Part shown: in pieces, positions 24,060 to 35,100 of the stretch | Position numbering within the stretch: the first letter of the stretch is position 1 | How the letters are laid out: every line of letters starts with the position of its first letter | From: Dimorphilus gyrociliatus | Taxonomy: Eukaryota > Animalia > Annelida | Direction: 5' to 3' | Length of the DNA: 64,000 nt | NCBI GenBank assembly: GCA_904063045.1 | Contig: CAJFCJ010000054.1 | Span: forward strand, 6,642-70,641 | Notes under the pieces: model-generated | What the model was told of the DNA's origin: nothing | The model's database searches: none | Seen by the model: the letters and a program-made list of their open reading frames with translations, nothing else | Program-made: the position numbers and the translations under genes

Positions 24060-26787
24060 ATGTATACAAAAACAATAATTCTTTGTATAAATATTCTCAT
24101 TTTTAGTGCAGTCTCTTCGATTTGTCAACAAATTCCAGATGTATTTAACAATAATGACTATGCAGTTCAGAATTTACAATATTCAAAAGAAATGGGTCAT
24201 GAAAAAAATAAAATTTCAAGGAATAAACTAACCCCATTACGAATTGCTCCATTATTGATGCAGAATATTCTTCATACTACTATCAATTGTTCATTGGACA
24301 TAAATTTAAAAAATTTAGCATCAAATTGTTGGTTAGAAAGAGAAAAGATTCTGGTAGAAATGGTAAGAGGAGAGAAGGAATGGGCAAACAAATGTTGGTA
24401 ATCTCATTCAATTCTTTTCATATTTAAAATATTGAATATTTTTGTCAAAAAAAAATTAGTTGAAGATTCTCATGGCGTAGATTTGTCAGGAACGTTGTTA
24501 GGTCGAAAAGGATCATTCGGTGAATATGACCAATGTAAAAGTATTTCAGCTAATGTATCCTTCAATGGTGTAAATGAAAAATGGAATGGTTTCTATTCTC
24601 TTCTATCATTCGAAGGTCTTCGACCAGATACCCTAAAATTTGATTCACTTACAATAGGATTTTGTCTAGCTCCAAAATGTAGGAAATTTGTGGAAAATAC
24701 ACCAAATTGTTGAGTATTAACAACTGTTTTTTGCTGTTGTTATTGTTATTTATTTTGATGAATTTGTTTTTTGTTTTCAGTTACCATATCAGACAAATCT
24801 TGCACCAACATTGGCAATGGTAGATTTATTCTTGAAGAAACTTTAACACCACTTAAAGATGATAAATCATCAATTGGAGGAATGTTGGTTTTTCTTTATT
24901 TCAATTATTATATTATTATATTTAAATCATATAAAATTATTTCTAATTTGCAGTATATTCTTCTCAATATTTGGTCTTTTTTTAATAATTGCCACAATTT
25001 TGGATAATTACCTTGATTTTTATAGAAAAAAAAATGAAAAGTGGACAAAAGGAATTCTATTAAGGATTATTTTACCATTTTCATTAAATAGAAATGTTAA
25101 AGAATTACTTAAAGATTCTCCTGCAACTGATAGTTTAAAGGTAATTCATGGACTGAGAGCAATTACTGTTACATGGATGGTATTACTACATACATATGTT
25201 TTATATTTACCAATTGGAAGTAGGTTGAGTAGTTGTTATGTTCAAATTGTTCAAAAATTATTCAAATCAATAATTCACTTTCTAGCTGATATAGCAAGTT
25301 TCTTTAAAATGATGAAAACATTCACTTTTCAATCAATAATCAATGGACAAATTGGTGTTGATACATTCTTTGTTCTAAGTGGTTTTCTAACTGTTAGATC
25401 ATTTCTGAAGAATATGAAAAAGACTAACAATCATCTACCAGTTAAGAAGATGATTAACCATTTTGTCCATCGAATATGGAGGATATTACCATTATACGCA
25501 GCTGTATTATGCTTTTATGCTTCATTCTATAAAAGAATTAGGCTAGGACCTCTTAACTCGGTTGTAAATGATATTGAACTTTGTAAAAGGTATTGGTGGA
25601 GAAATATTCTCTTTATAAGTAATCTATTTCCAATTACTGAAACAGTAAGTCATTTTCACATTTAAACAAAACAACTTTTTGTATAAGAACATTACTTTTA
25701 AAATCAAGTGTATGGGTTTTACATGGTATTTAAGTGTTGATATGCAACTTTACATTGTTACAGCATTTGGTCTTTTTCTTTACATTATGTAAGTTTTTAA
25801 TATAAGTTTATTTTGAAATCAGCAAAAAAATTAAATGAAATAAAACCATCCACAGAAGTCCATTATGCACAATAGTCTTTTTTTTATTGATGGTTATCTG
25901 CCATGTTGTTATGCAAGGAGTTTTATTGAATAAATACATGTTTGTAATATTGGCCTTTTTTTCAATTTGATTTTAAAAAAAAAACATACATTTACTTTTT
26001 GCAAACAGAGAACCTGATGGTACTATGGATAATTTCAATTTTATTACCTACTTATATATTAAACCATGGACTAGGGCTGGAACATATGCTCTTGGTGGTC
26101 TATTGGCATTTTTAATGCAGAAAAGACAAAAAATAAAGTTACCTACTCTCATTGTGTTGGTCATGTGGCTTATTGTTGTTGCATCTGGTTATCTAATTCT
26201 TCATGGAAAAGGTTTTGATGAAGCGGAAATTAAACCTTGGACAAAAGCTAGTAGGTTATTGTATGAAATTCTACATAGGCCAGCATGGGGAATTTGTATT
26301 TGTTGGGTGATTTGGTCTTGTCATTCAAATTATGGATCAATTATTAATAGTTTCTTATCATTTCGTTATTTCTTTATAATTAGTAAATTGAGTTATGGAG
26401 TATATTTATTACATTGGTGTGTAATTTCATATTTGTTTTATACTGCACGATACAAAAAAAGTTTTAGACATGTGGCTGTTGTAAGTATAAGAAATATTCT
26501 ACCCATTTTCATTATAACATTCAAAATAATTTGCATCTTAGATATCTGAATTTTTGGCAACAATGACCTACTCTCTCGCTCTTGCTGTTGTCTTTACATT
26601 AACAATTGAATTGCCATTTGCAAAATTAGAGAATGTTTTCTTTAGTAAATTAAAGGCAACTGATTCACACCAAAAGGAGAAAAATGATGAAATGAAGAAT
26701 GATTTAAATGAAAAAATACACCCAGTTATTGAAATAATATCTTCAAATGATATTGATAAGAAATATGATCCAACTTCCCTTTCATAG
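24060..26787 (+). CDS. Nose-resistant-to-fluoxetine-6-like (NRF domain plus acyltransferase-3) membrane protein, ~9 exons
   Basis: Signal peptide; GSFGEYDQC, IHGLRAI, GVDTFFVLSGFL, HRIWRILPLY, WYLSVDMQLY, YIKPWTR, SKLSYGVYLLH. Introns such as 24394-24459, 24709-24780, 24884-24953, 25220-25285 and 25645-25708 keep the frame. Confidence 0.92.
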
Positions 26788-27950
26788 GATATATTTTCCA
26801 TGCTCAAGAGATTTTAATACTATATTACAATTATATGATTTATGTTTTTATATTCTAAAACTCTTAACTTAAGTGATTCAAATCAATTTTGATAATAATA
26901 TTACTAAAATGTGTGAAAAAGATAGGTTAAGTATTCATCCTCCTTACTACAATGTTGGAGCATTTATTCAGTTTTTTTTCAACTAATTACCATTCTTTTT
27001 CACAAAAATTTGTATCTGTAAATTTGAATACAAAATAAATATTTAAAAATTTTACAAAGCCATAGACAATGACGTAGCTAAACAAATAAAATTTTTACTT
27101 TAGATATTATAGAACTATAGAATGACTTATTTCGCGGAAATTATAATGGTGGAAGTTTAGAAAAAGTGTTATTTCATAGAAATTATAAATTTTATTTATA
27201 GATAAAATTGAATTGCAAGACAAGACTTGAACTGCTTGTTGAAAGAGAAATCTCTGTTCTACAATTGCCTAAACATCTACTCTAAATAAACTGTTTAATG
27301 TAATTTACAAAAAACTATATCACTTATTGTAATGAAATAAATTACAAAATTCTTACATCTGTCATAATTCTCAAGAAAATGCAGTTTACTTGTCCACTTG
27401 ATGTGTTAACAATAGCTATAGTTACAACAAATGAACATTAATTACTGTACACATACACTTATCAGGTCTATTTTACAATAGATAAGTAATATTGGACCAG
27501 TTCTTTACCATGTTGATTGCACTTAGAGTGATAAGCAGTGTTTACCTGTAATTTTTTATTAATTTATAAACAAATATTGCTATCTGCAACTTAACTTTAA
27601 TATGATTAATATATAGATTTATTAAGTCAATTAAAATTAGTTCAATTAAATGTCAATCATGCTTTTATTTTAAGTTTTAGATTTTATTCACTATTAAACA
27701 GTATTTCATAGATATTACTATTCCACAGGGTACAACTAAATGTACCTCGATGCAAACAACACCAGGTAGGTCTGAATACATTTTTCATTTCAAATGTCTG
27801 AACTATTGATATTTTAATGTGTTTGGCCTATTTTCAATGGGAGCATAAGTACTTGCTGCAATCACAAATATTAATCTAAAAGAATATTAAAAGTATTTTT
27901 CTGTTCTTTTTTTGACTGTTATTTAATAGGATATTATATTTGTTAATGCC

Positions 27951-28298
27951 TTAATATTTTGTGTACATACCCTTAGCTTCCACAACTGCCCTAAGCCTTC
28001 TTTCAATTGTCTCATATAAGAATTGAATTTCCAATTCTGGAATTTTAAAAAATTCCTCTCTGAACATCTCCCACAGCTCATCCTTGTTTCTTGCCTGATG
28101 TGCCATTAAACATTTTTGGCATATGCCCCATATTTGCTCAATGATGTTCAGGTCTGGGCTGTTTCCTGGCCATGGGTCCAGCGTTTCTACTCCCTTTCTC
28201 TTCAGATATGCTTTTGTTCTGGCTGCTGTATGACAACTAGCCCCATTCTGCTGGAAAGTTTCCCCTCTCTTGTAGTTTTGGCTACAATCAACAGTCAA
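27951..28298 (-). mobile_element. Tc1 transposase C-terminal fragment
   Basis: FQQNGASCH...WPGNSPDLNIIE...VVEAKGMYTKY*. Confidence 0.85.
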
Positions 28299-29111
28299 GA
28301 AGAGAATTTATTAATTGTTTGAAAAAGATAAATGTACCTAATTCACTTGGAGTTTGAATTGGCTGAAATAGATTGAATAATTTCTCCCCTTGGAAATGGG
28401 AAGATAATAGTCCAGTCAATTTTTCCCAATACAACAATTGGAATCAACAAATAAAAAAGGCATTTGTTTCTATAAGTTGTAACTCAAAGGTAATGGGACA
28501 AAGTTCCTGAAAGTGAGTACAATTGTATTGCCATTTCATCAAAAGAGAAATGGAAAACGTTCAATTGCAGCACACAGTTGGAAAGTATTTGTAAAGTATC
28601 AAAGTTTTAAAAAAGAATCCAATTGAAAGAAAAACATCTGATAAATTATTTTAACAGTTAAAGTGACTTTTCCCATTTCCCTGCCAATAACCAACTGACT
28701 GATCCTCTGGTTAATGCACTCACTCACACCAGAGGTATGGTAATTGCAGGAATATCTGCAATAGATGATTTTTCCTGGTAACCATTTTTCAACCCAAAAT
28801 GCTGCCTGGTTTTAGGTGAAATATTTAATGACAAGAATTGACTGTCCTGTTGAGGGGAGGAGAGGATAATTAATAGATATCTATTATCTATTATCTACAC
28901 AATTATACAAAGTTATCAAACTGAAAATTGTCAGTAAATCTTTCATGTTTGAAAATCCTTTCCTTTCTCTGTGCAGTTGAAAAGTCAATTCTTGGATCTC
29001 CATTTTTAGAACTAAACAAAATGCGGCAATGATCATCATTTCATTTGAAAAAGTGTATTATTTTTAAATTAGTATACATATTTTTGTCAATTATATAGCA
29101 TATAGTTCAAT

Positions 29112-32100
29112 CTAGAGGTCTAACGACACCTTTCTTCCACCCTTTCGCTTTTTTTCTATAGCAAAATTGATCATTTGTTGTTTGTATTCTTTTGTCAAAT
29201 CATTATTTGATATATCCACTTTTAGCAAGTTTTGCAGTTGATTTAAAAAGTCTATGAAAGCTTTTACAATGTTATTGTCAATTGCAATACTTTGAATAAA
29301 AATACATTCCAAAATGGGTGCACTGGGAGAGAGACTTTGGAAGAATCTTTGAAGGCATTCATTACCAATTCTATTGAAACTTATATCAAAGACTTTTAAA
29401 GAGAATTGCATAGACAGGAATGTTTGCAGATGTTTGCAAGTGATCTCGTTCAAACTTGCATCACTCAACAGAATTTCTGTACAATAGATGAATGTACTGG
29501 TTGTATCAGTGAAAAATGATTTCAAATTGTAAGAATTCAAATCCATATATGTAAAATTCATCACCATCTCTTTTAGCAATAAATTACTGTTACTTGGAAA
29601 TTGAAGCAGACTTTTTTCAATTACATTCTTTAAATGACCAAAAACTGTACTGTTATTTTTGGCTGGACAGAACACTTCACTTGCACAAAGGTTGACTATT
29701 GCTAAAACTTTAATATCTTGTTTATGCCTTTTCTGTAAGGCTAAAAAGATTCTTTTGTCACCCTTATACTTAATTACTATTTTATTGAATTGGTGTACAG
29801 ATTTCTTACATAGGTAGAGGAAGAGGCTCATATCACCTGCATTCCGAATGTTTAAAGATAAGGTACTTCCCAGAAATTTCCCTTCGGAAAGTGCTTTAAA
29901 CAATGGCACACCTGATGGATCTAATGATCTGGAGACAAAGAATTTTCTCAGGTAGTAATTTTCAATTGCAGGTAATATGAATAATTTATTCCAACCATGA
30001 ATTAAAGGGAAAATAGCTTGTGGATTATATCTTATAATTCCAGTGGATAAGAGACTGTCAAGCTTCATTGATGTTAAATTTGTATAGTATTGTACTAGGA
30101 CATCATTTGTATTGTTGTTGTTATTTTCCCATTGGAAATGACTCCTTTTCTTCTCATTTAAAATCTTTATAAACTGTTGAATTGCATTTTGTAAGGCAGG
30201 ATCATGTTGATTATACTTCTCAGATAAAGTTAAAAATACAAGTAAAAAACACAAAGGATGAGTGCAAAATTCCTTGAAGCCTTTTAAAGAAGTCATCAAC
30301 ATGGAATAATTGTATTTGATTGCTGAAAATGTATTGCTTCCAGAATAACTACAATAGATGTCCTTAAGACTGTTCATATTGTGTTTGGGATTGATACCTT
30401 TTATTGTGAATATATAATCTATAGGAATTGATGGTTGCCTTAAATTTCTAATGAAAATCAACTTTCTAATTTTCCATGCCATCTCTTCTCTAAGAATTCT
30501 GCTTAGATTACTATCCGGATAGTTTGAATGTTCTTCATCATCATCAATAAGAATCAACAACTTTTTGGGATAATATTCCAAAAGCATATTCAAATTCTCC
30601 TTTATCCTATTAATGCCGTTTCTCAAATGTTTATAATTTGAATCAAACAAGCAGTCAACTAAGGATATGGGGCTTTTTATCTCACTCAACATTAACCTTA
30701 ATACCAAAAGATTTTGCAGTTTCTCCTCCTTCGACCATAAATACAGAATTCTATTGAACAGTGTTGTTTTGCCAATTTGAGCCGATCCAATAATGAAATT
30801 ATTCACTGCCGAATTGCTGATGGATTCCAAAAACATAACATCAGCTAAATTGCTGGTTGTTTTTTGAAAAGGTTTAATTTGCTTCAAAAGTAATGGCATA
30901 TATAATTGGTTGAAAAATTTGGTGTATTCTGGTTGAGCAACTGTTTTTAGGTCGATATTGGGTAGAAATTTCACGCCATCTAAATAATTTTTATGACAGT
31001 TAGCTGTTAAGTTTACAAAATTCTGCCAAATTCTGGTTAAGCTGGGATTTTGACCATTGTCATTGTTCAATCTAGCCTTTTTTACTATATTCGACATATT
31101 ACTTTTTGCTTTGTTAAGCCAAGGAAAGAATTTTGAATGATAGACACTATTTGATGAGATAATATCGGTTATCTTCTTTAAAATTAATAATCTGCTTTCC
31201 TCATTTATTTCCAATGTTACATTACTCAAATTTCGACATTTGACTAAAAAATTGACGATATTATCTATATCCTCTTTTATAATTGAACCTGACAGGTGAA
31301 ATACTCTCAATGTCAATGAAGAATTCTTTAAATGTTTAAATATATCTGACAGTAGTCTTTTCTTGTTCTTGTTCTTGTTCTTGTTCTCCTTCTCCTTCTT
31401 CTCTCTCTCCTTTTCCATATCCTCCTTCTCCTCCTTCTCCAATTCCTTCTCTGTGTCCTCCTTCTCCTTCTCCTTCTTCTCCTTCTCTATCTCCTTTTCC
31501 ATATCCTCCTTCTCCTCCTTCTCCAATTCCTTCTCTGTGTCCTCCTTCTCCTTCTCCTTCTTCTCCTTCTCTATCTCCTTTTCCATAAACTCCTTCTCCA
31601 TCTCCTTCTCTATATCCTCCTCCCCCTTCTCCCTCTCCTTGTCCTTTGTTGTTCTAGCAGTTGGTCTGCTGTTGTCTTGCCTTTCACCAAAAGTTATATA
31701 GATCTCCTCAAGGTAGTGGCAATGATCAAACAATTTGCTCAAGCTATCTAAACAATGTTTGGTTATTGGACATTTGTTTATATTGAAAACTTTCAAGTTG
31801 GAAGATTTTCTTAATGAATCAAATATTTCACCTAAACTGTTAGTAATAGCTGGATTTCCGCCAATGTCAATTTCACTTAAATTTGGACATACCTTCAGTA
31901 GTTCTGCCAACTCTTTGCCATTTTGTTCATTGAAATTGCACAAATTGAATTTTAAAGATTGCAGTGTTGGACTTGCTAATTTCAATTTTGATATAATCTG
32001 GATGTCATTCTCTTGATCATCATCATTTGAAATTTCCAACAGGTTCTCATTTGAACTCATGTCCAAGTAACGTAAAGATCTGCAATAAATGAGAAGATGG

Positions 32101-35100
32101 CTCAAATTCTGTCCATGTTCTCTGTACGACAACTTACAGGATCTCAAAATCAAGAAATGAAGAAAAGGAGCACAAGACTTAATTATTGCAGGTATAATTT
32201 CAAGCATAGGAGGTTCATTATTACTCAAATTCAGGTATTTCAATCTTCTGAAAGCCATAAAGAAATTATGTAAATTTTTCAAAGCCCAATTTCTCAAATC
32301 TTGAAAAAGAAGATTTCTAAATTCCCTAACAGCTTCATCCTTAAATAACGACTCATTCAATATGCATTTCTTAAAATGAGATAAGTTGTTAAAATCATCA
32401 GGCTGTTCACTCTTTATGTCTTTCAAAAGGCTTTCCTTAAGCTTGATGACATCATTACACTGGTATTTCCTGGAAACTAAATTCTGTTCCAAAGTTTGTA
32501 CAGACATTTTCTCAAGGAGAATACTCCTGAAATAGTTTAAATCTTTATTTTGAAACTTTGTTGAAAAGAGTCCTCCTTCCAAGTGATAAAAATTTGTTGC
32601 AGTTAAATCTTGCAATAGATACTCTTTAGTATTTTCATCATCAACAGTATTGAGATCCCTTATTTTACAACTAGAAATATCCAAGTAGAGTAAGTTACTC
32701 TGATTTGATTGTACACTTGAATAGAAAATGTTCAAGTGCTTGCCAATATTTTCATTTCTACTCAAATTTATACTTTGAGCATTTGGTAGAGATTTGAAAA
32801 GATCCCAAAATGCTTTCAAACTTTTCTGAGAGAGATTACAATTAGAAAAATTCAACTTTAATATTGTTGACTTGGATGATGACTGTGAAAGAGCTTCAAA
32901 TATTTCCGCCATTCTCTCTTCTCTAATTTCAACATTATTATGTATCCAGAAAATCTCTAAGCATTTACATTCAGCCAGGAATTCTTTCAATTTATTACTT
33001 TTGCCAATTTTCAGTTTGCAATCGTTAATCTTTAAAATTTTCATAATTTTATTAGTTGATAAAGCTGTAAACAAATCAGAGCAAACTTCCTCATTAATTA
33101 CATTTCCACTTAAATCTAGATTTTCCAATTGGGAGCATTTCTTTAAGAATTTACTGACAACTTTTAGACTATTCTCGTTTAATTTGCATCTACTCAAATT
33201 GATGCTTTTTAACTTACTCGACGAATTCTCTAAACTCTCAATAACCTCTCGGAACATTCCGTAAAATTGCGTATTGTGTGAGATATCGATTTGAGATAAA
33301 TTTTTTAAATTCTTCAGCAAAATGATAAGATTTTCATATTGATAAACACGATTTAAGTTGCATTTTGACAGATTTACAGATTTCAATTTTTTATTTACCT
33401 TTTTGAAAATATGGTTAAATTCAGAATCCAAACAGATAATTTGCGATAAATGCAAATATTCCAACTGTTTGAAATTCTTGATTATTTGACTAAGGAGAAA
33501 ACAACTCTCTTTATCCAAGTAACAATTCTCAACTGAAAATTCTTTTATTCCACTTTTCATTGAATTTAGGCCTTGCCAGAAAATTAGCATTGCTTTATCA
33601 ATAAATTTCACATCCTTTAGTTTAATTGATTGTAAACCTTTTAAAGAGAAAAGGCAACTTGAAAAGATTGAACTGATTCTGTTATCTATTTCAATATTTT
33701 CCAGGTGGAAATATTTCAATTTCTGGAATGATATATTCATAAATTTTTCAAATTCTTCCAAAAATCCAAAAATGTTGAAATTAGTCATTGAAACTCTCTG
33801 AATAGCATTACTTTTCATGACATAGCTCATAAATAGTCTGCAATTATCAACCTTCTCATTCTCTTCCTTGTCTTCCTTGTTCAAATTCATTGTTTTTTTC
33901 TTTTCATTGCTGAACTGTGAAAAGTTGAGAAAGAATTTCTTCTTCTCTTCAGTAGAAGCTCCATAAAAGAATGGAATTTCAGCAAACATTATAAAATCAC
34001 TTCTAATCGCTTCTTCGATGAATTTGTTGTGTTTTTCATCTTTTAACGGAATAATCTGAAACATTTCATTCTGAACATCGGAGTTGAGGAGAATCCTTGG
34101 CGATTCATCCTCAATTACAATAGATATTTCGTTGAGTGCCTTATTATTGGTGTTGGATTTATTTCTGTTGGAGGGAAGAAGCGATTGATTAGTATTTAAA
34201 AATGCTCTATAATTACTAGGGAGATCGTCTTGAATGGAATCATTGCTTTTCTGCTCATGAAACATTGAGTAGTAATTGCAGAAATGTTTGCTGCATTGCT
34301 TAAAAAAATCTTCATCTATCTCATCCAATTGACAATTTATAATAAAAGTATTTTTTAAATTTTCTAAACTTTCCAGTTGATGAAAGAATTGTTTACAAAA
34401 TTCACTTTTTAATATTTTATTATTTAATGTAATTGATTCCAAAGTATGAATATTTGTTATCATTTCTACAAATCCTGTTGTTATTTCATCGTTCATTCCA
34501 ATACTAAAGTACTCTACTCCAACTATTTCGTTTTCTTTGATACTGATGACAAGACCTAACCCATATTTTTTGTCAAGATTTGATAGAGTAATTCTTAAAG
34601 TAGCCGAATCTTTGTCTTCATAAAATGGGTCACTTGCTGTTGCTTCAATATCATATTCCCTTGTGTTTATTGGTGTTGTTGTTGACTTGAGAATGAGCTT
34701 TTTCAACTTTTTCATGTTCAAAACTGATTTGAGTAATTTATCAAAATTCATTTCCAGATCATTTAGCCTGATTTCCTCTTCTTCAAAGATTAAACATTTC
34801 AATTTTTTACAATTGCTAATCCTTTCGAAGAAGCAGATTTTATCTGAATCATCTCTAAATGTACATTCGCTCAGCTCCAATTCCTCAATTTCCTCTTGAA
34901 ACCTTTTAAAGATGATTCCTATTGTATACTCGTTTAATGTCTCCTTTTTCACTCTGACTGTTTGGTGAGAATCATTGCCAATAATTAATTCTTGTAAATC
35001 TTTATCTTTCAAAACCTTATCTTTAAAGCAGGGTTCCAGTATCATTTTGTTGTAGGTTTTCTCACAGTAGTCTGCAAGAAATGCTATTATATTATAAATC

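Noticed and set aside
31363-31701. Ser/Phe-rich antisense ORF (also 61733-62025 and other ORFs antisense to the NLR and transposases)
   Set aside because: Shadow frames of low-complexity or AT-rich coding sequence.
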